Assembly: GCA_017439425.1 (NCBI GenBank)
Contig: JAFSJE010000008.1
Coordinates: 1,069 to 65,068, forward strand
Direction of reading: 5' to 3'
Origin: Oscillospiraceae bacterium
Lineage (GTDB): Bacteria > Bacillota > Clostridia > Oscillospirales > Oscillospiraceae
Length of the DNA: 64,000 nt
The translations under genes were made by a program, and so were the position numbers. Below are positions 1 through 7,959 of the stretch, piece by piece. The notes under the pieces are model-generated. The model worked only from the letters and a program-made list of their open reading frames with translations, was not told where the DNA came from and made no database searches. Position 1 is the first letter of the stretch, and each line of letters opens with the position of its first letter.

Positions 1-80
1 ATGGCGATAAGCGTATTCGTGATGAGATTTATCAGGAAAATCGCGCCGATGAAAACGCGCGAGAGCTTGTGATTTTTCAC
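1..80 (-). CDS. sensor histidine kinase, N-terminal fragment (continues past window start)
   Basis: GTG at 80-78 overlaps the stop of the upstream response regulator (GTGA). The reverse translation VKNHKLSRVFIGAIFLINLITNTLIA is a hydrophobic TM-like N-terminus, and RR-then-HK order is typical. Only about 26 codons are visible. Confidence 0.35.
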   Translation of the reverse strand, partial: MKNHKLSRVFIGAIFLINLITNTLIA

Positions 81-745
81 TTCTGCACCGCCTTATAACC
101 GAGTCCGCGCACGGTAACGACGCCGATGTGCGGATTTTTTTGTATCTTCGCGCGCAGGCTCGAGATATGCACCTCGAGCGAGCGCTCCTCGCCACCGTCC
201 ATACCCCAGACGTCCTCAAGAAGCTGGTCGCGGGTGAAGATCCTGCCGATATCGGAGCAGAGCTTGTAGAGGAGGAAAAATTCCTTATTCCGCAGCTCCA
301 CCCGCTCGCCCTCCCAGCTCACCGTGAGCGTATCGCAGTCGAGGGTCGTTCCGGCGATGAAAAGGCGGCGCGACGCGACCATTCCGCTGCGCCGCAAAAG
401 TGCCCTGACGCGCCAGACCATCTCGTTTATGTCAACCGGCTTCACCATATAATCGTCGCCTCCGGCGCGAAAGCCCGAGTGCTTATCCTCCGGCGCGCCG
501 AGGGCGGTTATCATCAGCACCGGCAGGGCGTACCCCGCCTCCCTGAGCCTTCTCACAAGCTCGTTTCCGCCAACTCGCGGCATCAGAACGTCGGTTATGA
601 GCAGGTCGAAGTTCTCCCTTTCGAGCATTTCGAGCGCCTGCGCGCCGTCCGAAGCGCACGCCGCTGAGAAGCCCTCGGCGCGCAGAACGGTGCAGTACAG
701 CTCTCTGAGGTCGCGCTCATCCTCGCAGACTAAAATATTGAACAT
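77..745 (-). CDS. OmpR/PhoB-family response regulator
   Basis: 222-aa ORF. Receiver domain (MFNILVCEDE..DLLITDVLMPRVGG) plus a C-terminal winged-helix output (LEVHISSLRAKI..VRGLGYK). Confidence 0.9.
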   Translation of the reverse strand: MFNILVCEDERDLRELYCTVLRAEGFSAACASDGAQALEMLERENFDLLITDVLMPRVGGNELVRRLREAGYALPVLMITALGAPEDKHSGFRAGGDDYMVKPVDINEMVWRVRALLRRSGMVASRRLFIAGTTLDCDTLTVSWEGERVELRNKEFFLLYKLCSDIGRIFTRDQLLEDVWGMDGGEERSLEVHISSLRAKIQKNPHIGVVTVRGLGYKAVQK

Positions 746-787
746 AGAATCACCCCTCTATATATTAAAAATCTAACCTCAACTGAG

Positions 788-867
788 CCTCAAATCAAGA
801 AAAGCGGCGTAAATTTGCTTTTCGGTATCGCAGATTTGAGGTTTATTTGAGCATAGGGCGCTACAAT
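788..867 (+). promoter_or_regulatory. candidate response-regulator binding repeats plus -10 box upstream of the VTC operon
   Basis: ATTTGAG at 834-840 and 845-851 is a direct repeat with 11-bp periodicity. The same 9-mer GATTTGAGG (833-841) recurs inverted as CCTCAAATC at 788-796. TACAAT (-10) lies at 862-867 with no good -35, as expected for an activator-dependent promoter. Confidence 0.4.
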
Positions 868-888
868 CGGCGCAAAAGGAGGGATAGT

Positions 889-1560
889 ATGGCTCTACGC
901 CACGAATTGAAGCACGAGATAAGCTATGCCGATATGCTCGCGCTGAGAGGCCGTCTCGCCGCCGTGATGCGCCGCGACGAGCACGCCGCGGGCGGCGCGT
1001 ATAAAATTCGCTCGCTCTATTTTGACAACGTCTATGACAAGGCTCTTCGTGAGAAGATAGACGGCGTGAATATGCGCGAAAAGTTCCGCATCCGCTATTA
1101 TAACGGCGATATTGGTTTCATTCAGCTTGAAAAAAAGTCGAAGATCGGCTCTCTCACAAGCAAAGTCCAGGCGCGCATATCCGCCGACGAGGCGCAGAAG
1201 ATCATCTCCGGCGACCTCGATTGGATGAAATCGAGCGAAAGCGACCTCGTCCGCGAGCTTTACGCAAAAATGCGCTTCGACGGTCTGCGCCCGCGCACCA
1301 TCGTCGACTACACGCGCGAGCCGTTCATCTACGCGCCGGGAAACGTGCGCGTAACGCTCGACAGCGATATACGCACGGGGCTCGGCTCGACCGATTTTCT
1401 CTCGCCAAAGGTGCCGACAGTGGCGGCGGGCGACCAAAAGTGCATTTTAGAGGTCAAGTGGGACGAGTACCTGCCCGACGTCGTGCGCTGTGCCGTTCAG
1501 CTCGGAAGCGTTCGCGCCGAGAGCTTTTCAAAATACGCAATTTCAAGAATTTACGGATAA
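889..1560 (+). CDS. VTC-domain (polyphosphate polymerase-like, triphosphate tunnel fold) protein
   Basis: ATG at 889 follows AGGAGGG. Alternating charged beta-strand motifs (HELKHEI, YKIRSLYFDN, KFRIRYY, LEKKSK, RVTLDSDIR, ILEVKWDE) are typical of bacterial VTC-domain proteins. The upstream TTG extension from 847 was rejected. Confidence 0.75.
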   Translation: MALRHELKHEISYADMLALRGRLAAVMRRDEHAAGGAYKIRSLYFDNVYDKALREKIDGVNMREKFRIRYYNGDIGFIQLEKKSKIGSLTSKVQARISADEAQKIISGDLDWMKSSESDLVRELYAKMRFDGLRPRTIVDYTREPFIYAPGNVRVTLDSDIRTGLGSTDFLSPKVPTVAAGDQKCILEVKWDEYLPDVVRCAVQLGSVRAESFSKYAISRIYG

Positions 1561-1573
1561 AAGGAGAAAAATC

Positions 1574-2245
1574 ATGACATTTTCAGACATTTTCAAATCC
1601 TCTTTTCTCGAGAACGTGACCGCCGTCAACCCCTTCGATATGGTGCTGAGCCTCGTTCTCAGCTTCGCCATCGGGCTCTTCATCTTCTTCGTCTACCGCA
1701 AAACGTATCAGGGCGTGATGTTCTCCTCGTCCTTCGGCGTGACCCTCGTCGCGCTCACGATGATAACCGACCTCGTCATCCTCGCGGTGACTTCGAACGT
1801 AGTTCTCTCCCTCGGTATGGTCGGCGCGCTCAGCATCGTCCGCTTCCGCACCGCAATTAAGGACCCGCTCGACATCGCGTTCCTCTTCTGGTCTATCGCC
1901 GTCGGCATCGTCCTCGCGGCGGGTATGCTCCCGCTTGCGCTCTTCGGAAGTCTGCTCATCGGGCTTATCCTCATTCTCTTTGTAAACCGCAAGACCCACA
2001 CTAATCCCTACATAGTAATCCTCACCTGCGCCGATTCCGAGGCTGAAAAAAGCGCCGTCGACTGCCTCAGAAGGAGCGTTCAGAAATGCATAACGAAGTC
2101 CAAAACCGTCCGCGCCGGTTCGATAGAGCTCACGATGGAAATTCGCCTCAAAACTGACGATACCGATTTCATAAACTCCCTCTCCGCCCTCGGCGGCGTG
2201 GAGAGCGCGGTGCTCGTCAGCTACAACGGCGAGTATATGGGATAA
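1574..2245 (+). CDS. DUF4956-type integral membrane protein
   Basis: ATG at 1574 follows AAGGAG. It has 4-5 predicted TM helices, a LSIVRFRTAIKDPLD motif and a soluble tail of about 80 aa. This family commonly neighbours VTC-domain genes. Confidence 0.7.
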   Translation: MTFSDIFKSSFLENVTAVNPFDMVLSLVLSFAIGLFIFFVYRKTYQGVMFSSSFGVTLVALTMITDLVILAVTSNVVLSLGMVGALSIVRFRTAIKDPLDIAFLFWSIAVGIVLAAGMLPLALFGSLLIGLILILFVNRKTHTNPYIVILTCADSEAEKSAVDCLRRSVQKCITKSKTVRAGSIELTMEIRLKTDDTDFINSLSALGGVESAVLVSYNGEYMG

Positions 2246-2248
2246 ATT

Positions 2249-3898
2249 ATGTCAACCGAGAGATATTTCAACGCCGTAGTCGCCGCCGTAGTCGCGTTTG
2301 CGATAATCATAACGCTTCTTTTTATGAACGGTGAGGCGCTCGGGCTCAGAAAAGCCTCCTATGACGTCGGCTACCTCGACCTTTTTGACGACAGCTATGT
2401 CCACACCGTCGACATTTCTATGCCGGACTGGGACGGCTTCATCGCCCACGCGGCGAGCGAGGAGTACACGGCGGCGACAGTGACCATCGACGGCGAAGTT
2501 CTGTCAAACGTCGGCTTTCGCGCGAAGGGCAACGGCTCTCTCTTTGCCGTTACGATGATGAACTCCCCGCGATTCAGCTGGAAGATAGAGTTTGACCGCT
2601 TTGTCGACCGTCAGACGTATCACGGGCTCGACAAGCTCTGCCTCAACAACCTCGTCGAGGACGCGACCTTCATGAAGGACCACCTCGTCTACAAGTCCAT
2701 GGCGCGGCTCGGAGTTCCGGCGCCGCTCTGCTCCTACGTTTTCCTCACCGTAAACGGCGAGGCTTTCGGGCTCTACGAGGCGGTGGAGGGCATCGAGGAC
2801 GGATTTATCACCCGCAATTTCGGGCGCGGCGAGGGCAGGCTCTACAAGCCCGACAACGCGAGCATCACGGATTTCGGCATGGGCGCGGATATGAACATCT
2901 TTGCCCTCATCGGCTGGGCGCTCGACAACATCGACTTCTCCCAGCTCGACCTCAGTCAGTACGAGGGCATGAGCATGGAGGACTTCACCGGCGGCAATAT
3001 GAGTTTCGATATGACCGAGATGTACGGCGACGGCAGCTCGTTTGTAAACGGCGACAGCATGGGCGGCGCCGGACTTGGGATGATGTTCGTAAGCTCTGAC
3101 GATCTGCTTCTGAAGTACATCGACGACGAGCCGTCAAGCTATCCCAACATTTTCGGCAAGGCAAAGACAGACGTAAGCTACAAGGATAAAGCGCGGCTCA
3201 TCGGCGCGCTGGAAAGCCTCTCAGAGCGCGAAAACCTCGAAAGCACCCTTGACACGGACGAGATCATGCGCTATTTTGCAGTACACAACTTCTTTGTGAA
3301 CTCCGACTCCTACACCGGCATGAGCACCCATAACTACTATCTCTACGAGCGCGGCGGCGTTCTCAGTATGCTCCCGTGGGACTATAACCTCGGCTACGGC
3401 ACCATGCTGATGACCGCACACTACGCCGTAAACGACCCCATCGACGAGCCGATGGCAGTAAAGGGCGACGGCAATCACCCGATGTTCGAGTGGATAACCG
3501 CCGACGAGGGCTATAAGGCGCGGTATTACGGGTATCTGTCCGAGGTGCTCGATACCGATTTTGACGCTGAGATAGACGAAATCTCCGCGCTCATACGCCC
3601 GTATATCGAGCGCGACCCGACCAAATTTGTCACATTGGAGGAGTTCGACGCGGGTACCGCGATGCTCAAGCAGTATCTTTCCCGCAGGTCAGAATCCGTG
3701 CGCGGTCAGCTCTCGGGCAAGATTCCCGCGACGAAGGCGGGGCAGGCGGAAAACCCTGAGCTTTTAATCAGTGCAGAGGGCATCGACCCGCACGCTCTCG
3801 GCGACGCGACGATGGGATTTGCCGACGAGCGGCAGGATTTGAGCGCGCTGATGGGAAATTTTGACCTTTCCGCGCTCGAGGGGTTGTTCAGGAGGTGA
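2249..3898 (+). CDS. CotH-family atypical kinase, N-terminally membrane-anchored
   Basis: 549-aa ORF starting 3 nt after the DUF4956 stop. One N-terminal TM helix (VVAAVVAFAIIITLLF). CotH-like motifs are FRAKGNGS, KLCLNN, LYKPDN and HNYYLYERGG..LPWDYN. Confidence 0.8.
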   Translation: MSTERYFNAVVAAVVAFAIIITLLFMNGEALGLRKASYDVGYLDLFDDSYVHTVDISMPDWDGFIAHAASEEYTAATVTIDGEVLSNVGFRAKGNGSLFAVTMMNSPRFSWKIEFDRFVDRQTYHGLDKLCLNNLVEDATFMKDHLVYKSMARLGVPAPLCSYVFLTVNGEAFGLYEAVEGIEDGFITRNFGRGEGRLYKPDNASITDFGMGADMNIFALIGWALDNIDFSQLDLSQYEGMSMEDFTGGNMSFDMTEMYGDGSSFVNGDSMGGAGLGMMFVSSDDLLLKYIDDEPSSYPNIFGKAKTDVSYKDKARLIGALESLSERENLESTLDTDEIMRYFAVHNFFVNSDSYTGMSTHNYYLYERGGVLSMLPWDYNLGYGTMLMTAHYAVNDPIDEPMAVKGDGNHPMFEWITADEGYKARYYGYLSEVLDTDFDAEIDEISALIRPYIERDPTKFVTLEEFDAGTAMLKQYLSRRSESVRGQLSGKIPATKAGQAENPELLISAEGIDPHALGDATMGFADERQDLSALMGNFDLSALEGLFRR

Positions 3899-3899
3899 A

Positions 3900-3925
3900 A
3901 GGTTGAAACAAGTTTCAACCTTATT
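3900..3925 (+). terminator. stem-loop after the CotH gene
   Basis: AGGTTGAAAC/GTTTCAACCT inverted repeat at 3900-3921, followed by TATT. The U-tract is weak. Confidence 0.5.
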
Positions 3926-3976
3926 GAAATCCAAGCCGTTTTTCTCGCCGCAAGCGGCAACCGAAAAACATGGCGC

Positions 3977-4040
3977 TTTATGACCATTCCTTTTATGGCC
4001 ATTTTGTGCCTTTAACATTTGTGAAAGGAATGGTCATAAA
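3977..4040 (+). promoter_or_regulatory. 17-bp perfect inverted repeat (30-nt loop) ending 1 nt before the start codon of the next gene
   Basis: TTTATGACCATTCCTTT (3977-3993) is the exact reverse complement of AAAGGAATGGTCATAAA (4024-4040). The right arm contains the only purine-rich RBS candidate (AAAGGA) for the ATG at 4042. Confidence 0.6.
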
Positions 4041-4041
4041 A

Positions 4042-5046
4042 ATGAAATTCAAAAAGTTGACAGCATTCGCGCTCGCGCTGATATTCCTATTTTCATTCGC
4101 GCTCTCGGTAAAGGCTGAGGGCGCGGTGAAGGCGGGGGATATCCTCTGCTTCGGCCCTCCTGACGAGGCGAGCGGCTTTGACGGCAGGTGGATAGTTCTC
4201 GACCCCGAGCACACAAGCACCGGCGAGGCGGGAATGTTCCTCGTTTCGCTCGGCCTTGTCGGAGATGAAAACGGCGAGCCTCTCATTTTCCGCGAGATAG
4301 GCGATGTTTCCGTTTCGTTTTCCGGCAGAGGCGAGGAGTACGCCGCCGCACACCCGGGAGTAACGGACTACCGCGGAAGCGATATAGAGCGTTGGTGCGC
4401 ACAGTTTCCCGAAAAATATCTCTCCGATGCCGAGCGCGCGGCGCTCCTGCCCACATATAAATCAGACGAAGCGATAGTGATACCCGGCTTTTCCATACCC
4501 CTTCCCGGCGCGGCGAACGGCACAGTCGATTTTGACCCCGCCGAAAACGTGCTCGACGGCGACACGGTGTTCCTTCTGTCCGTTGAGGAGGCGACTGGCT
4601 ATGTCTTTACGGATAACCGCTCCCGCGTTGCGCTCTTTAAGGGCGAGCCGGGCGGGTGGTGGCTGCGCTCGCCGCATATACCGACCTTCCCGCTCGATGT
4701 GGGCTTTGTGTTCTCGTTCGGTGCCGTTATGGACTACCCGGTAAACGCAAAAAGCATGTACGAAATGACGACCTACGCCCGCCCTGCGTGCAATATAGAC
4801 GCCTCTCAGATAACCTCCCTTGAAAAATTAAGCGAAGAGGGCGGCGTAACGGTCTGGCGCGCCTCCTTCGGCGGCGAAGAGAATACAAGCGTTTACGATA
4901 CCGCCCTTCCCGTTGTGGGCGAGGTAATGGATCTCGGCAAGATGCTGCGAACCGCGATAGTAATTACAGTTATCGTCCTTGCCGCCATAGCCGCGCTTAT
5001 CGTTTTCTTTATTGTAAGAGCCGTCAGGAAAAAGGCACAGCGATGA
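4042..5046 (+). CDS. DUF6273-like secreted protein with signal peptide and C-terminal TM anchor
   Basis: MKFKKLTAFALALIFLFSFALSVKAEG is a signal peptide. GRWIVLD and GGWWLRSP motifs are present, and the C-terminal helix IVITVIVLAAIAALIVFFIV is followed by RAVRKK. Confidence 0.6.
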   Translation: MKFKKLTAFALALIFLFSFALSVKAEGAVKAGDILCFGPPDEASGFDGRWIVLDPEHTSTGEAGMFLVSLGLVGDENGEPLIFREIGDVSVSFSGRGEEYAAAHPGVTDYRGSDIERWCAQFPEKYLSDAERAALLPTYKSDEAIVIPGFSIPLPGAANGTVDFDPAENVLDGDTVFLLSVEEATGYVFTDNRSRVALFKGEPGGWWLRSPHIPTFPLDVGFVFSFGAVMDYPVNAKSMYEMTTYARPACNIDASQITSLEKLSEEGGVTVWRASFGGEENTSVYDTALPVVGEVMDLGKMLRTAIVITVIVLAAIAALIVFFIVRAVRKKAQR

Positions 5047-5055
5047 CAAAAAAGC

Positions 5056-5084
5056 TTGATTATTTTATCAAAATGCTCTACACT
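5056..5084 (+). promoter_or_regulatory. sigma-70-type promoter for the symporter gene
   Basis: TTGATT (5056-5061), 17-nt spacer, TACACT (5079-5084), 36 nt upstream of the ATG. Confidence 0.5.
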
Positions 5085-5120
5085 AACTATGCTGAATAAC
5101 TCAGAAAGGCATAGTATCAA

Positions 5121-6785
5121 ATGGCAAATAAAACCTTTTTCAATAAAAAAACTGAAATTCCCGCCGCCTCCGCAGCTGCCCTCGGCGACTGTCTCGCGTT
5201 TATAGAGGGCGCGCTCGGCGAGCTCGGCACAGACCGCAAGCTCATACTGCGCTCGGTTCTGACAGCGGAGGAGCTAATACCCCAGTTTATTGAGAGCGCC
5301 GACGAGGGCGCCTCTCTCCGGCTTCAGGTCAAAAAGCTTCTCGGTGACGTCAGCATAAGCATATCCGTGCGCGGCAGAGAGCTCGACCTTCTCGAGAGCT
5401 ACGGCGGCGACCTCGCGCACGCGGGCGACTCCGAGGCTCAGCAGGTGATCCGCTCCATTCTCCTCAAGGCGCAGTCCGACCGCCTCAAGGTCACGCACAG
5501 GCGCGGCGTGAACCACGCCCGCATCCTTGTCGGGCAGGCGCAGAAGTCGATGGCCGCGTGGACTGTCGGCGCCCTTATCTGCGGAATACTCCTCGGGCTC
5601 GCGATGAAATTTCTGCTTCCGGCATCGTTCTCACTCGGCGTTTCGACGTATCTTCTGAACCCGGTCAAGACGATGTTCATGAACGCTCTCAAGATAGTCA
5701 TCGCGCCGGTGGTGTTCTTCTCGATAGTCTCCTGCATAGCGCAGTTCAAGGACCTTGCGGAGCTCGGCAGGATCGCCGCGAAGGTGATGGGCATCTATCT
5801 TCTGACGACCGTAATCGCAGTCGCGCTCTCACTCGGCACCTTCGCTCTTCTGCACCCGGGCGACTTCGGCTTCGCCCTTTCGCAGGGCATAACCGAGGCG
5901 GTCGACGTCGATATGAGCACCGACACATCACTTCTTTCGACGCTTGTTAACATCGTTCCCTCGAATTTTCTCCGTCCGTTTCTTGAATCCGACACCCTGC
6001 AGATCATCTTCCTCGGCGTTCTCTGCGGCGTCGCCATCGGGATGGTCGGAAAATACGCGCCGCTCCTTCAGGATTTCTTCGAGGCGTGCAACTCGCTGTT
6101 TCTCACGATAACGACCATAATCTCCCGCGTTATCCCGCTCGCGGTGTTCGCCTCCACGGCGATAATGGTAAACGATCTCGGCGGCGGCTCGCTTCTCGGC
6201 GTTCTCGGCCTCTTCGGAACGTATCTTGTAACGATCGTCAGTATGCTCGCGATCTACGGCTTGCTCATTCTCGTTTTCGGCAGGCTCAACCCGCTCACCT
6301 TCTTCAAAAAGAACCGCGAGGGAATGCTCACGAGCCTCACGCTCTCCTCATCCTCCGCCTCCATGCCGACAAATATGCGCGTCTGCACCGACAGACTCGG
6401 CGTTTCGCCGAAGGTGTGCAGCTTCTCGATACCGCTCGGCGCGACCGTAAATATGGACGGCACCTGCATTCTGCTTACGCTTTCGGGGCTTTTCCTCGCG
6501 CGGGCATACGGCGTCGCGGTACCGGTGAGCGCGATGACCTCTCTCGCCATCACGATAATTCTTCTCTCACTCGGCTGTCCGGGAGTTCCCGGCGCCGCCT
6601 TTGTGTGCATCGCCGTCGTGCTTGAAAACCTGCACGTTCCCATCGAGGCGATGGGGCTTCTCATGGGCATCTACCCGATAATAGATATGATCGGCACGAT
6701 GTCGAACACAACGGGCGACGTTGCCTGCACGACGATCGTCGCAAAAAGCGAAAACCTCCTCGATATGCAGGTCTACAATTCGTAA
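5121..6785 (+). CDS. dicarboxylate/amino acid:cation symporter (DAACS family) with extra N-terminal domain of about 150 aa
   Basis: The C-terminal ~400 aa have the typical DAACS layout (ALKIVIAPVVFFSIV, SSSASMPT, GATVNMDGT, MIGTMSNTTGD). The N-terminal ~150 aa are soluble and not part of the carrier fold. Confidence 0.85.
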   Translation: MANKTFFNKKTEIPAASAAALGDCLAFIEGALGELGTDRKLILRSVLTAEELIPQFIESADEGASLRLQVKKLLGDVSISISVRGRELDLLESYGGDLAHAGDSEAQQVIRSILLKAQSDRLKVTHRRGVNHARILVGQAQKSMAAWTVGALICGILLGLAMKFLLPASFSLGVSTYLLNPVKTMFMNALKIVIAPVVFFSIVSCIAQFKDLAELGRIAAKVMGIYLLTTVIAVALSLGTFALLHPGDFGFALSQGITEAVDVDMSTDTSLLSTLVNIVPSNFLRPFLESDTLQIIFLGVLCGVAIGMVGKYAPLLQDFFEACNSLFLTITTIISRVIPLAVFASTAIMVNDLGGGSLLGVLGLFGTYLVTIVSMLAIYGLLILVFGRLNPLTFFKKNREGMLTSLTLSSSSASMPTNMRVCTDRLGVSPKVCSFSIPLGATVNMDGTCILLTLSGLFLARAYGVAVPVSAMTSLAITIILLSLGCPGVPGAAFVCIAVVLENLHVPIEAMGLLMGIYPIIDMIGTMSNTTGDVACTTIVAKSENLLDMQVYNS

Positions 6786-6799
6786 ATGCATAAATATAT

Positions 6800-6835
6800 A
6801 GGCTGCTGCGTTCATTACGCAGCAGCCTGTTTTTT
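6800..6835. terminator. bidirectional intrinsic terminator between the symporter and nagA
   Basis: Perfect 11-bp stem AGGCTGCTGCG/CGCAGCAGCCT with a 7-nt loop. It is followed by TTTTTT on the plus strand and a T-rich run on the minus strand. Confidence 0.85.
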
Positions 6836-7943
6836 ATATCCTATTCCCGCCGATATATACCGCTTGCGGATGGAGTTCATCGTCACAGACCGCAAAATCC
6901 GCCCTTTTGCCCGCCTCTATCGAGCCGATTTCACCCTCCGCGCCGATAGCGCGGGCGGGGCTCAGCGAAGCGGCAATAATCGCATCCTTCTCCGGTATTC
7001 CGAATCTTACGGCGTTTCTGAGGCAGTCGAAAAGGCTGACCGATGAGCCCGCAAGTGAGCCGTCCGCGAGCCTTGCCGCGCCGTTTTTGAGGTAAATGCT
7101 CTGCCCGCCGAGGGTGTACTCCCCATCGGGCATACCTGCAGTTCGCAGCGAATCGGAGATAAGGCAGATCCTGCCCGGAAAAAGCCGGAACGCCATTCTG
7201 ACGGCGCTCGGGTGAACGTGTTCTCCGTCGCAGATAAGCTCAGCTGTAACATTTCCGCGCTCGCTCGCGGCACCGATAACACCCGGCGCGCGGTGGTGAA
7301 TCTGCGGCATCGCGTTAAACAGATGCGTCAGGTGCCTCGCACCCGCGTCAAAGACCCGCGCCGCCGTATCATAATCCGCATCGGTGTGGGCTACGGAAAC
7401 GGTGCACAGTGCGCTCGCCTTTTCAACGAACTCTGCCGCGTCCTTCAGCTCCGGCGCGACGTCAACCATCCTGATCAGCCCGTTTGAGGCATTATACAGC
7501 CGCAAAAGCTCCGAAAAGTCGGGATCTCTCAGATATTTTGCGTTCTGCGCGCCCTTTTTCTTCTCCGAGAGGAACGGCCCCTCCATGTGGATCCCGACAA
7601 CGCGGGCGCAGTCCGGCTCCGGGTTGTCGGCATATTGCGCGGCGCCCGAAAAAGCCCTCTCAAGCGCCTCGAGGCCAAGTGTCATCGAGGTCGGGCAGAA
7701 GCTCGTAACTCCGTTTTTTGCGAGATAACGCGCCATCGTGCGAAGTCCGTCGCCATCGGAAAAATCCGCGCCGTGAGCGCCGTGGGTGTGAATATCCACA
7801 AGTCCGGGAATAACCCTCGCGCCGCAGAGGTCGACTCCGCCGGGCTCTTCTGTGCCGATCTCCGCAAATCGCCCGTTTTCGAGCTTAAAGCCGCCGCAGA
7901 GCCAGCCCTCGGGCGTAAATATCCTCGCATTCGTAAAAAGCAT
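6834..7943 (-). CDS. nagA: N-acetylglucosamine-6-phosphate deacetylase
   Basis: Starts at MLFTNARIFTPEG (ATG at 7943). It has the amidohydrolase motif GLVDIHTHGAHGADF and later ISDS. The 122-codon upstream extension in the ORF track is R-rich junk. Confidence 0.85.
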   Translation of the reverse strand: MLFTNARIFTPEGWLCGGFKLENGRFAEIGTEEPGGVDLCGARVIPGLVDIHTHGAHGADFSDGDGLRTMARYLAKNGVTSFCPTSMTLGLEALERAFSGAAQYADNPEPDCARVVGIHMEGPFLSEKKKGAQNAKYLRDPDFSELLRLYNASNGLIRMVDVAPELKDAAEFVEKASALCTVSVAHTDADYDTAARVFDAGARHLTHLFNAMPQIHHRAPGVIGAASERGNVTAELICDGEHVHPSAVRMAFRLFPGRICLISDSLRTAGMPDGEYTLGGQSIYLKNGAARLADGSLAGSSVSLFDCLRNAVRFGIPEKDAIIAASLSPARAIGAEGEIGSIEAGKRADFAVCDDELHPQAVYIGGNRI

Positions 7944-7959
7944 CGTACTCAATCGTTTT

